Assembly (NCBI GenBank): GCA_043228905.1
Contig: JBHGNT010000010.1
Span: forward strand, 19,716,001 to 19,780,000
Length of the DNA: 64,000 nt
DNA from: Azolla caroliniana
Lineage: Eukaryota; Plantae; Polypodiophyta
Direction of reading: 5' to 3'
The first letter of the stretch is position 1. Each line of letters opens with the position of its first letter. Position numbers and translations under genes: made by a program. The notes below the pieces were generated by a model that was not told the DNA's origin, ran no database searches, and saw only the letters and a program-made list of their open reading frames with translations. Positions 11,253 through 24,149 of this stretch are shown in pieces.

Positions 11253-14200
11253 TGTTGGGGACAATGTCGTCTATGCGGAAGATCAAGAAGCATTCGTTCC
11301 TTGCTGATTACCTGCGTATGACTGTTTCTATGTCGTTGCACAAGGGGAGAGAGAGAGAGAGAGAGACAAAGAGGCACAAAAGAACTTCTTATTTCATAAA
11401 GCAATAATACAACATCCAACCTTACAAAAAGGTTACAAGGTCACTATATATAGTGACCGACTTAGGGCAACTACCCTTTATGCTAATTACATAAATGGCC
11501 AAAACGGGATAATGTGAATACGTCCATTATACACATGTATTCGACACTCCCCCGTAATGGGCGTATACATGGGTTATCTGAGATTACAGGTATAGACTTA
11601 GGTTCTCGGACATATCAGCTTTGTTCGAGTCGGCAGGGTCCGAAGGCAGAAGACCGAATTGGTCGGGTCGGAACAGTCGAAGCCGATCATTAAGGAACTG
11701 ATGTCGGTTGTCGGGAACCATCCTGCTCTGTGTCCGGCTCTAACCGGACTGGTTTGTCGTTACGCCCATCTGATGCCGAAGAGACCGAAAACGGTCTGCC
11801 GAAAGACACTTGGTCATTCCATCTGCGACATTGTCGGTTGTGGATATTTTCTCTAGACCGATTTTCCCTGAGATGACGCAGTCCCGAACGAAGTGATATC
11901 GAACGTCGATATGTTTGGAGGCGTTGTGGTGAACCGGATTTTTCGACAAGGCAACAGCACCTTGACTGTCGCTGTAGACAACTGGAGCCGAGTCATGGTC
12001 GACTTGTCGAAACGTGTGCGCCAGCCGACCGAGCCACAAAGCTTCTTTTGCTGCGTCGGACGCAGCTACATATTCTGCTTCGGTCGTTGAGGTTGTTGTG
12101 CACTCTTGAAGTTTCGACTTCCACGAGATTGCTCCATTGCCGAATTTGAAGCAGTATCCGGTTGTTGATTTCCGACTGTCTATACAGCCGGCGAAGTCCG
12201 AGTCGGTGTAACCGACTACGCCTGAGGTTCGGTTCGGACCGAAAAGAATGCCGTGATCTTTTGTGCCAGCCAGATATCTGAACACATGCTTGACTGCGTT
12301 CCAATGCGATCGGCCAGGATTGTGCATAAATCTGCTAACGACTCCTACGGCGTGAGAAATATCAGGCCGTGTCGCGACCATCAGGTACATAAGGGAGCCG
12401 ACTGCCGGTGCATACGGTACCGACTTCATATCTTCCCCCTCCGGACCGGATGTCGGGCAGTCTCGCTGAGAGAGCCGAAGATTCATGGGGAGCGGGGTTG
12501 AAGCAGATTTGGCTGATTGCATGTTGAAGCATTCCAAGACACGTCCGATATAGTCGGTCCACGTAAATGATGAGGAAGATGGGTGATCCATCTTGAGCTG
12601 TGTTGGTGAAGAGACAATGGTCCTCATCGCTTTTTGAGAAGCCGATCGATTGGATGAAGTCGTCGAACTTCTTGTACCATTGTCGCGGTGCCTGTTTGAG
12701 GCCGTATAGACTCTTCCTGAGTCGGCAGACTAGATGTTCTTGGCCGGTTGCCACGAAGCCTTTTGGCTGCTCCATATAAATTTCCTCCTCGAGATCACCA
12801 TGGAGGAAGGCTGTTTTGACATCTAGCTGAATCAGCTCCAAGTTGTCGGCTGCCACTACGCCGAGTAGAAAACGAAGGGTTGTCATTTTCACCACTGGTG
12901 AAAAAATCTCGTCGAAGTCGACGCCATATTCTTGTCGGAAGCCCTTCACAACTAATCTGGCCTTGTACTTTGGGGTGGTCGAATCAGACGTCTCTTTTAG
13001 TCGATAAACCCACTTGCAAGGAAGAGCACGTCGGTTCCTAGGTAATTCGACCAGATCCCAAGTCTTGTTTGCCCGAATGGAGTGCATTTCCGACTCCATC
13101 GCCAGATGCCAGGTGGCTGAATCGACAGATGTCGATGCTTCTTCGTAAGACGTCGGTTCGCCGGCGTCGGTGAGGAAAATTCCAGGAGAATACCTCTCCG
13201 GAGGTTGCGACAGTCTCTCGGATCGTCGAGGTATGATTGGACTGGTCGCATCGGGTATCGTGGTCGGATGGTCCGAAAGCGGATTGTTCTGTTGTGCCGA
13301 GTCGGGGTTGTCCGAGTCGGTAGTGTAAGGTTCAGCTACCCGTGAAGCTGACCGTGTGTTGAGAGCGGGGCCTTCTTGAAGGGTCGGCACATCGGAAAAT
13401 GTGACCCTTCGGACTTCGATCGGTTTTTCGACTGATGGATTCATAGCCGACTCGTTGAACACAACGTCCGAACTTCGAACGATTTGTCTGCGTTCAGGGT
13501 CCCAGAGTCGGTATCCCATCTCGCCGTCTGATCCATATCCAAGGAAAATGCATTTCCTGGACCGAGGTGCAAGTTTTCGGCGATCATCTTTCGGAATAAG
13601 AGCGTACGCCTCGCATCCGAAGATCCTCAGCTTGTCGTAATTCGGCTTACTGCCGATCCATAGTTCCTGAGGAATTTGAAGTCCTAGAGGTCTACTCGGC
13701 GACATATTGATTATGTGTACTGCTGTGAGTAGAGCCTCTGCCCAGAAGCCATCCGACAGTCCGGAGTGTTGGAGCATGGAAACTATCCGTTCTTGGATTG
13801 TCCGATTCATGCGTTCGGCAATCCCGTTTTGCTCCGGACTGTGTGGTGCCGTAAATTCACGTCGGATGCCGCGTTGTCGGCAGAATTTGACGAATTCTTC
13901 GGATTTGAACTCTCCCCCATTGTCGGTCCGAAAGCATTTCAGTTTTCGGTCGGTTTGATTTTCTACCATAGCGAGCCAATCTGAGAAGATTGAGAAGACC
14001 CGATCTTTGGTGCGAATCGGATAAGCCCACACCTTTCGAGTCGAGTCGTCAATAAAAGTGACGAAGTAAGAGGCACCGCCGAGAGACTGATGCGGCATTG
14101 GGCCACAGACGTCCGAATGGACTAAATCGAGAGGTCTCGTTTCTCTTGGTGCTGATGTCGGGTGTGATGCGGCTGCTTGTTTGCCATACTGGCAATGCTC

Positions 14201-16564
14201 GCAGAATTGATGGTCCGAGAAGGAGAGTTTGGGGATGTATCCGGCTCTGGATAGGTGCGTGATGCCGGCCTTGCTGAGGTGTCCTAATCTTCGGTGCCAT
14301 AGTGATGACACAGGAATATCCACCAAAAACAGGTTACCCTCTCTGAGCGTAACATGTAACGGATACAGTGAGTGTATCTTGGGTCCTCTAGCAAGCAGGA
14401 GGTTCCCCCTGTGGAGTGTCCACCCTCCCGAAGAAAAACCGGCACGAATGCCGTCTTCATCTAGTTGTCCGACTGAGATCAAAGGCCTTGAGAGCTCGGG
14501 TACATGTCGGACATTGTGGAGTACAAGTGTAGAGCCACCTGCAAGGTTGAGCTCTATTGTGCCGATTCCGATGATGTCACAGTGTTGCGAGTTGCCGACC
14601 CGAACTGAGTCGGAGTGACGGATCGTATATTGCCGAAATTGGGATCGATGAGGAGTCACGTGAAATGACGCGCCCGAATCTAAGAGCCATGTGCTCGATT
14701 CTTCAGTCGTGAGTAGAACTTCGGATCCGACTGGATTTTCGATTGATAGTATATTCGGGTCGTCCGGTAGTACATCAGCTGAGAAGCTGACGTAATTGAT
14801 CTCCTCATGCCGGCCACTCTTCTTGTTGTTCTTGTTCTTGAGTGCGCGGCAGTCGGCTTTGATGTGTCCGGGTTTCTTGCAATAGTTGCAGATTCGGTTA
14901 TCCCGTGACTGGCTCCGTCTTCGCTGATTGTTCGGCGGTCGTGAGCAATCTCTTCCTCGTATGTTTGATCGGTCTGTCGAACCTTGTACTACATAAGCGT
15001 CTTCTGTTGAGTCTTTGGCGAAAGACTTTCTCCGAGCTGCTTCGGTCAGGATTGCGCTCGTGACTTCGGAGTATTTAACAGCCGTGGTTGACGCGTTGCA
15101 CACAGTTGTGACGAAAGTTTCCCATGATGAGGGAAGGCTGCTCATGAGTATCATTGCTCTGAGTTCATCCTCGATTGCCGTCCCCTGAGATGAGATTTGG
15201 GAGTTGATGCTTTCGTACTCATTGAGGTGTGCTTGAACCGAATCGGATTCTTTCATCCGCAAGTTGTAGAGGCGCCGGATCAGAAACATCTTCGTTGCGG
15301 CGACCTTCTTTTCGTAAGTGTCCGACAGTGTTTTCCACAGTTGGAATGCTGTCGTACACGATTGCACCGTAAAGTATACCGATTCCGATAGGTGCATCCG
15401 AATCGTGGCGCGGACGATTCTGTCCAGCTTCTGCCACTCAACTGGTTTGTATCCTTCTGGAGGTTCTTCATTTTCGATGGGATCGATTTGCCCCTTGACT
15501 ATGAGATAGTCCTGCATTTGTTCCTTCCAGAAGTTGAAGTTCGATCCATCGAACTTTCGTAGACTCATTTCTGACGAGCCGGATGTTGATGCCATCAAGT
15601 TCGGTTTTGGTTGACGAAGCTCGGTTCAGAGTTGACTACGAACCTTGTTGGAGTGCAGCCGGTTGGCTCACCCGATATCGTTCTAGTCGGATTTGAACCC
15701 GAGTCGGTTCGGCTTCGGAACTTGCTCGAATTGACTCCGGTAGCTTGAGGGACAGAACCGACTGGTCTTCCCGAATGTTGCCGAGTCGGAGTGAGCCCGG
15801 TTCGCTTCGGATATATATGCCGAATACCGATTATTGAAACCGATTATCTGGACCGATTCTGCTTCGGGTGACTGCAGCGACGAGAGAGATGGATCTAACT
15901 GATCCTCTCGAATGTCGATCAGCCTGATGAAGCACGAATTTGGGGTTGTTGTCTTGAGACTGATCTGCACCGAGTGGTTACAACGAGCGGCGTTTGATTA
16001 CCTCTTCGGATGCCGTTTAACCGAATGGAGCACGAATCGTGTCAATGTTTCACAGGGGATTTCACCTCGAGCGGTTATGATCACAAGAGACAGAGTACAA
16101 CCTGTTGGCTTACTCCAAGTGAAGATGATCTAACGCGATGAGATGCAAGCCTCGTTTCTCTTCTTCTTCTCTCTTCTTCGAATGACGCTGGAAACCGAAT
16201 GCTGTGCAGGCTGAGACGACGGCCGACAGCGGGTTGAGGAACCGACTACTGTGCATGCTCTGATACCAGATGTTGGGGACAATGTCGTCTATGCGGAAGA
16301 TCAAGAAGCATTCGTTCCTTGCTGATTACCTGCGTATGACTGTTTCTATGTCGTTGCACAAGGGGAGAGAGAGAGAGAGAGAGACAAAGAGGCACAAAAG
16401 AACTTCTTATTTCATAAAGCAATAATACAACATCCAACCTTACAAAAAGGTTACAAGGTCACTATATATAGTGACCGACTTAGGGCAACTACCCTTTATG
16501 CTAATTACATAAATGGCCAAAACGGGATAATGTGAATACGTCCATTATACACATGTATTCGACA
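11253..16564 (-). mobile_element. Ty1/copia element B, very recent insertion in copia A gag
   Basis: 294-bp LTRs 11253-11546 and 16271-16564 appear identical; TSD CCAGT (11248-11252/16565-16569); PBS-iMet 16257-16268; PPT 11547-11553. Confidence 0.97.
11740..15598 (-). pseudogene. Copia B gag-pol with a frameshifting deletion at the RT active site
   Basis: ORF 15598 to ...IFLIIYVD, then jumps in another frame to TDYIGRVLECFNMQ...RNase H; junction near 12557. Confidence 0.9.
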
Positions 16565-16661
16565 CCAGTCGGCGTAGTTCTGCGCATTCAGCACCATCAT
16601 CCCCGGCTGCCCGCTGTTGCCGCCTTCCATTTTCTGCACTGCAGTCGCTCTGATACCAGAT

Positions 16662-17277
16662 TGTTGGGGTTTGACGCTTCCGAAACCTTCACCTCTCGGC
16701 CACAACCGAGGAAACACGGATCAATGCAGCAGTAAATAGAAAACACAGAGAGAGACTCGAATGCACAGGGTTTATCGTGGAAAACCCTAGACGGGAAAAA
16801 CCACGGGAGTGCAAGACTCCAACTATCAGTATACGCAGTGAATGTACAATGGCGAGCTGCAAGGCGACGACCTTGAGCTCGCTATCCTCGCCACAGGCGG
16901 CGGTATTACATAGAGGCGTCGACCTCTTCCTTTCTCTCTCTCTCTCTCTCGGCTGCTCTCACTTCGCTCCCTCTAAGTGGAAAAACAGAAAAATGAGCAA
17001 CAAAAAAAACTGTTTGCCCTAAGTCATATTTATACACATATGACTTTCGGGCTATTTACAAATATAGCCTCAAGGGCCCTTGGCAAACATATTCACAAAT
17101 ATGTCCCCGCATCCGGATCTCTCTCCGGGGTACATTCGTCATCCGGCTCCGTAGCCGGGGTCTTCATCATCCGGCTCCGTAGCCGGGGTACTCTTCATCC
17201 TTCGGTTCCGTAACCGCAACCGGGCTTGCCGTCATTTATCTCCGGACATCCCATCCGGAGGGACCGAAATCCCACCA
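16662..17277 (-). repeat. Copia A 5' LTR (616 bp)
   Basis: Adjacent to PBS TGGTATCAGAGC on the - strand. Confidence 0.95.
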
Positions 17278-17282
17278 TGAAT

Positions 17283-19860
17283 AAGGTAACAATCTGAAAC
17301 TCGGGAGTAGGGCCAATTGTGGATGAGTTTGCTGAGATGTTTGCAAGAAGAGCTATATATTCAATGGGAGACCTTTATTCCGGGTATGATCAATTTCAAC
17401 TTGCTATCAAAAGTCGAGATATTACTTCTATCAAGACACCTATAGGGTTAGTACGGATGTGTACCTTGCCGCAAGGAGCGACCAACTCAGTGGCGCATAT
17501 GATGAATGGAATGAACGAGGTACTTCGTGATTTTATTCCTCATATTACAATGCCTTTTTTAGATGATGTTCCGATCAAGGGATGCAAGGAGGAAGAGAAG
17601 AATGAGGAATTGGACGAAGATGGTTGCCGACAATTCATTGCCGACCATATCAAGGATTGTGAGAAGATACTATCAAGGATGGAAGAAGTGCATTTGACCT
17701 TATCAGGGGCGAAATCAATATTTGGGGCAAAAGAGATATTAATAGTTGGTCATCTGTGTGGCCCGTATGGGAGAAAGTCATCCCCCACCAAGGTCAATGC
17801 AATTCAAAACATGCAAGAGGAATGTACATCCATCTCCGAAGTACGAAGGTTTCTGGGGGTATGTGTTTTTTATTGTAGATGGATTCCGCATTATGCCCAT
17901 TTATCTGAACCTTTATACAAACTCCTAAGAAAAGGAGAAACATTTGAATGGAGTGAAGAGCATTCGGAGGCAATGAGGAAATTGAAGTGTTACTTGGCAC
18001 AAGCTCCACCATTAAAGCAACCTGACTACACCTGGCCCATATATCTCACAGTAGACTCCAGTCCCATTGGAATTGGATGGGTGATAAGCCAACAAGATGG
18101 GGAAGAAAGGTATCCAGTCTGATTCAGAGCGAAGGTTCTTAGTGGTCGACAAAGAAAATATGCACAGGTCAAAAGAGAGTTATGGGGGGTAGTAACAACA
18201 GTTAAGATAGATAGAGATTACTTAATTGGTGCTGAAGTAATAATAGAAACAGATTGTTTGCCTATTCTTGGTATCATAGCTAATTGTGATATTCCAGATC
18301 AAGCCATGTTAGGATGGTGTATCTATATTAGATCAATCAACTCTGAAGTTCAACATATTTCTGGGAATAGAAATCCAGTAGCAGATATATTATCAAGAGC
18401 AAGGTATGAGGAAGAGGAGATTCCAGACTCGAACGATGAGGACAAAGAACAAACAGTCCTTACCACAAGCATTACCCGAGAAGGAGGAGTGCAGTTTCTA
18501 GAAGAGGAGTATGAAGAAGAATTCAAGGAAATAGGGAAATACCTACAAACCCTTGACAAGTACAAAGGTCGATCTGGAAAAGAGTTCGCCCAGTTTCGCA
18601 AGAAAGTCCATAAGTTCTTCCTGCATGAAGGATATCTATGGCGACATCCGAAAACCAAGACTGGAAACCCGCAAAGAGTAATAGGTTCTAAAGGGCAAAG
18701 AAAGGAGATAATCAGAGAGTTGCATGACAAAGAATGGGCTGGTCATCGAGGAGTGTGGGCCACTTTCAGTATGATTAAAGAACGGTTTTGGTGGCCTCAA
18801 TACTATGAGCAAATAAAAAAGTATGTGGAAACTTGTCCCACTTGTCAATATTATTCAAATGTAAAAATTTGTGATGAATTACACCCAACATATTCACCGA
18901 TGGTGCACTACAAGTGGATGATACATTTGGTAACAATGCCACTTGGAGTAGGACAAAAGAGATACTTGGTTCTTGCAAGAAGATCTAACAAATCAAGTGG
19001 AATGACATGCACTGCTAACAAAAGGGACATTAGGAGTATGTCAATTCATCTTGGAGCACATTGTTTGTAGATATGGATGTATCGGGAAGATAGTAGCAGA
19101 TAGGGGAGAGCTCAATTCTACAGAAGCTCAAGATTTTTTCGACAAAATAGGGATTCGGCTATCTTTGACAATGGCATACAATCCGGAATCTAATTGAATG
19201 ATAGAAAGGGGACATGGGCCAATAGTCAAAGCTTTAGCAAAGGCATGTAAAGGACGGGTCGGTGATTGGCCAAAAGTCTTACCCTATGCACTATGGGCTG
19301 ATAGGACAACTCATAGCATTGTTACTGGATATATGCCTACAGAATTAATCATAGGACAGAAGTCGATAATGCCAATTGAAGAAAAGATAACTACATGGGT
19401 TGTGTTGCCTTGGGAATCATAAATGAGTAGGGAAGATTTACTTGCTATTCAGATACGACAACTTCAATCCAGGACAGAGGACATAGAAAAAGTTGCTACT
19501 AGATTGAAAGAGGCAAGAATCAAGAATAAGGACAGATTTTACAAGATAAAAAGAATATGACCAAGGAAGGTGCAAGAGGGAGACTAGGTATTAGTATATG
19601 ATAGTAGCCTACATAATCAATACAGTACTCTTCGAAAGTTCACAAAAAGATGGTTTGGACCTTATGAAGTTAGGAAAATAACAAATAAGGCCACATATTT
19701 CCTCAATGAATTAGATGGGACAGAAATTCGTATCGCAATTGTGGGAAAAAGGATTAAAATATTTAAAAGGAGGGAGTCACTAGAGCCCGAATTTTATGAA
19801 GAACTAAAAGAACTAAAAGAATCGGAAGAAGTGTTGGATGAACTCTGCACAACCAATGTG
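17283..19860 (+). pseudogene. Gypsy RT-RNase H-integrase, degenerate
   Basis: DLYSGYDQF, LPQGATNS, PFLDDVPIKG, VDSSPIGIG, ADILSR, GHRG..CPTC, FGPYEV; several stops and frameshifts. Confidence 0.9.
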
Positions 19861-19879
19861 CAAGTTCAAAGGGGGTGGG

Positions 19880-20892
19880 TGTCGTGAAGAATGTGCTTCA
19901 CGATATAAAAATAAACTTAAGTATTGTATTTAGTAGTATTTGAGACACTTGAACCCACAACCTTATAAACCAAGCACAATGTATATACCACTAGGGTAAG
20001 CTATTTGTTTTTAGAAATGTTGTCAAGAATGTGCTTCACTATATAAGAATAAACTTAAATATTGTATTAAGTAAAATTGAGGGATCAAGTCCCTCAACCT
20101 TGTACATCAAACACAAAGCGTACACCACTAAGCTAGGTTATTTGTCTTAGGGTTATATCCATCATTATACTTATCCCATATATATTTTCATACATGGGAG
20201 CTCAAATGAGCATGATGGCTATCATGCATCACATGCAATGCATGTGCGCCAAATGGAGATCATGCATCACATGTAACTCATGCATTACATGCATGCCATT
20301 ACCATATGCATGGAAATACTTATAAAAAGAGGGGAAAGGAAAACAAAAGGGAATCAATCAAGAAGGGAAAGTTAGAGAAATGATATGATCAAACAAACAA
20401 GTTAGCTCATTTGGGAAGAGGCTTGTGTTTTGAAGTTGGAGGCAAGGGTTCAAATCAACAAATCAACAAAAGAAAAGTCGCATCTTGTGACGACATTGTA
20501 ACTTTGGTAAAATCTTGGGTTTTTAATATAATACATATTCTTATCATATTTTCTTACCTCTTCAATCATACATTGTCTCTATCTCTCATCCTTGTTCGTC
20601 TCTCTCTCGTACATTACTTTCAACTTTTATTCCTGCTATCCTGAATCTTTGTGGTAAAATCTTATATTCTTAATATAAATCATGTTAATATCATATACTC
20701 TTGCTTCTTAAGTCATATATGGTCTTTGTCTCTAATCTATGCTCGTCTCTTTGTCACACAATACTTTTAACTCTTATTCTTCTTATCCTTAATCTTCCTA
20801 ACATTTGTGCGCAAGCTTTATAAAAGTTTCTTCAACTCCCCTTAAACCTTAGTCCCTGTGATTTCGCCGCACGAACCACAACTACCCCGACA
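19880..20892 (+). repeat. Gypsy 3' LTR (1013 bp), preceded by PPT AAAGGGGGTGGG (19868-19879)
   Basis: Homology to 2681-3582; TG..CA ends. Confidence 0.9.
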
Positions 20893-21621
20893 GCGTTACT
20901 TTAACGCTCCTAATATAATACTCTATCCTCCATGCGTTATGTCCGGCGGTTACAATTCCAGCAGACAACACATTGGAATAACAATGTTTCCTTTTTGTAA
21001 CATCCAATCCTAAATCCTGCGATCTCCATCTAGAGGTGGCACAGGTACTAAAGAAAGTACCAACTCTGTGACTTGATTCTAGATAACACGATGATGTGAC
21101 CCAAGACTATAACGACATGTCATGTCATTGAACCTAATAGGTGACCTTGGTCATTTACCACATATGCAATTGATTTTAGCCCCTTCTTTGCTAAAATATA
21201 AACTTTCCTAGGCTCTTGTTCAACTAATGACCGTGGGAATATAGCACTCCAATGTAAGCTTTCAAGGCGTAAGGAGTTCCCTAATTCTGAATTCTTGGCT
21301 CTCCATTTTATGTGGTGCAATACTTCCTTCCAGTGCTTTAGAATCTTTGAGCTAAATGGACAACCTTTGATGTGCCTGTCAAGCTTTCCAAACACTACAT
21401 CCCAATTGTTAGTATCCCATGAGCCAAATGACTTGGTTTTCAAATTAGCAAACATATGTTCAGCAAAGTTTGGCAGTAAAGTAGCTTTTATAGCCAACAT
21501 ATGCAACTGCAAATTAAGAATATTTAGCCCTCCACATAATCGTGGAGTGCATATCTTCTCTTGTGATAAGAGTTGTACACCTCTACATGACTACATAGAG
21601 CACCAAAAGTTGCTTATGATT
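20893..21621 (-). pseudogene. LINE (L1-like) ORF2 fragment, post-RT region
   Basis: TPRLCGGLNILNLQLHMLAIKA motif typical of L1 ORF2 after the RT; collinear with 32322+ across the copia C TSD. Confidence 0.7.
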
Positions 21622-23137
21622 TGTGAAAGTTAGTGTGCGGAAGCGTATGCCAAACCAGCTCTGTCGGATAGTAACATTAAAGAGAAGAAGGTTTAATGGA
21701 AGCTTAGCACAGAGAATAAGCATACACATGAGAGAGAGAAAGAGCAGAACATAAAACTCTATTAAAAAATAACACTCTGTAACTCTGTACATAGAATGTG
21801 CTCATAGAGCACGTTTATACAAGTCCATAAAGTACTGACAGGTACTTCAATGCTCACACGAGCAATTGTCACTGACTCCCAAAAAATATGCATACATACT
21901 AGGCTGGATCCGTAGGCCTCTAACGGCCTACCAGCTTCAATCTGATCAGGGTCTCTGATCCGGCTCCTGGTTCCGGATATCATCCGAACACCGATCCGGT
22001 TCTCCATTCCGGATACCGATCTAGATCTGGTTGACCTTGCTCGCTCAACACTCCCCCTCATGCTCAACTTGAGGTCGGATCGTGTTGTCAGTGTCTGCAA
22101 TAGCTGATCCTTTCCTCCGGCTCCTTCTGACGTCTTCCCACCTTGCTCGCGCTCCTTGTCCGGTCCGGTTCTGCGCACCTCGTCCTCCTTGGTCGGCTTG
22201 TCTGCTCAACATGCCCATCTCAGCTCCTTCGTTGCTATGACTCCGGCGCTTGTCGACCCATCGGTTCCTCCATGTCGGTGTCGACTTCCGTTGCCTTCTC
22301 GTCCGCTTGGTCTTTAGTTGATCTGGCTCTTCCGAATCCAACTGTTGAACCGAATCGGCTTCCTCCGATTCGTTCCAACTCTTGTCCGAGTTGGTAGTCT
22401 CCAACTTGTCTTCCGTTTTTAGGCCCTTCACCACATCGAACCACGTCCAGGTCTTGGTCTTCTTCCGGTCGGCTCTGTCCTTCTTGACTCTGCCCCCGCT
22501 GCCAATTGTTCTGACTTGTTCAGATGTGCCGACTCCTTCGGTCGGCTCGACTTCCTTTATCTGCTCATCTCCCCCATTGGTTCTTTCTTCCTATCTGGCT
22601 CCTTATTCGGTGCCATCCGTTCCCATTCCTGTTCTCCCCCTCAAGTGCAGCACATCAAGATGTTGAATGCCGAGCATCTCCGAAAATGTTGCAACTTGTC
22701 TTATCTGAGTGGCTTGATGAAGATGTCGGCAACCTGCCAATCCGTGTGAACATACCGAAGTTCAACTTCACCGCTCAAGACCCGTGCACAAACAAAGTGA
22801 TAATGCACTTTTATGTGCTTTGTCCGAGCATGGAATACAGGGTTCTTGGCGGGCTATATGTTGCTTACGTTGTCACAATAAATCGGGGTCGGGGTCGACA
22901 CCTCAATCTGGAGGTCTCGCAGCAGTCGCCGAAGCTAGATGGCTTCATAGGTGGCAATGGTAATGCCCCGGTATTCAGCCTCAATGCTCGACAGAGCCAC
23001 TGTTGGCTGCTTTTTGCTGCTCCACGCAACAACCGCGCTACCAAGAGAAAACATGTAACTAGAGGTGGATCAGCGATCCGATTCATCACGAGCCCAGTCG
23101 GCATCGGTATATCCGACTAGCTTCCGAGCTATACTGT

Positions 23138-24149
23138 TGTCGTGAAGATTCTCGTCCTTAGCGAGAAAAACGGGAATAATGGGAACATCGGCGGGGTGTT
23201 GCGTAGGCACCCACCCTTGTGTATACATGCAAAATAATAGGGGCGCCTTTATGGCGCCGAACAAGAGTTAATTCGGGACAAAGGATCCCATGTAAAGCGG
23301 GATTTACCCCACATTGTTACACATCCCTCTCCTTGTTCTATAAAAGCAAGGGAGCGCCCCTTGTAAAAGGGTTCCCACTTGTGGGTTCCATTTTGCCTCT
23401 TATTAATAGGATTCTGTTTTCTATTCACCTAGGGTTCTTACTCGTCTCTGTGTATCACTTTTGTCAAGGAGAGGAATTTAGGGTTGCTTCTTTTCGGTCT
23501 CTATGTATGTTGTCTCTCTACTCTGCATCTGTGTGTGTGTGTCCCTGTTGTCCCGCACTGTTGTTGCTCAGGTTGAGTGCGTGTGCTCGAAGGTTTTGTG
23601 TCGAGGTCCCCTCTTCGTCGTGCAAGGCCCCACTTGAGTGGCGAGCCTGTGTGCTCCCGATTGGCGGCTTGACGACGAGAGGTTGTTGCTAAGGTCTGTG
23701 TGGAGCAGGCGTTGTGTCGACGCCGCGTACATATGCGGGTGCGTGTCTCCTGGGAGGCAGCGTAGGTCTTAGAGGTCTGAGTGTGGGTGCGTATGTAGTG
23801 AGCCAGTTTAGGCGTGTGTGCATGCGCGTAGGTGCAGTTAATCGGGTCGTGACCCGTGCCTCTTTTGAGGCCCTTGTACATATGGGCAGGAGGGTCGTGT
23901 GGATACGCGCGCGCTCTCTTCTTTCAAGAGTCTGAGTCGCTTCTGGGACGTATCCAGAACCGTCCCGATCGGCCATTCCCGAACACCATCCGAAACCAAT
24001 CCGGTCGGCAGCGCGACAAGCTCCGGAGGAATCGGCCTTCCGGGTACTCATCCCCTCCTGGTCCATGATCCCGGTGGTCCCGCCCAGATCCGACATGCAA
24101 GCGCGGATTACCGTGTCAGTATGACAGTCCTCGGTCCTTCGTGCCGATA
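23138..24149 (+). mobile_element. Solo LTR D (TGTCGTGAAG...CGATA), related to E
   Basis: Interrupts copia C between RT and RNase H; first 20 bp match the reverse complement of the E end; shared CTATAAAAG context; no clean TSD. Confidence 0.7.

Larger units (their letters stand above)
6584..17277 (-). mobile_element. Ty1/copia element A (Tnt1/Tork-like), full length, inserted in gypsy RT
   Basis: LTRs 6584-7229 and 16662-17277; perfect TSD TGAAT (6579-6583/17278-17282); PBS-iMet 16647-16658; PPT 7230-7240. Confidence 0.97.
2681..20892 (+). mobile_element. Ty3/gypsy LTR retrotransposon (no chromodomain seen), degenerate, interrupted in RT by copia A
   Basis: LTRs TGTCG..CGACA, PBS, PPT; domain order gag(CCHC)-PR(IDHGS)-RT(PFLDD)-RH-INT(HHCC, DRGE, ERGH, FGPY). 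Confidence 0.93.

Noticed and set aside
11253-11286. ORF-track start MIFRIDDIVPN for the 1348-aa polyprotein
   Set aside because: It comes from the copia B LTR; the real start is at 16630.
7345-15509. Many + strand ORFs of 60-190 aa over copia A and B
   Set aside because: Antisense shadows of GC-rich gag-pol frames; no independent motifs.
15683-15970. 95-aa ORF in the long 5' leader of copia B
   Set aside because: No recognisable domain and no second copy to test conservation.
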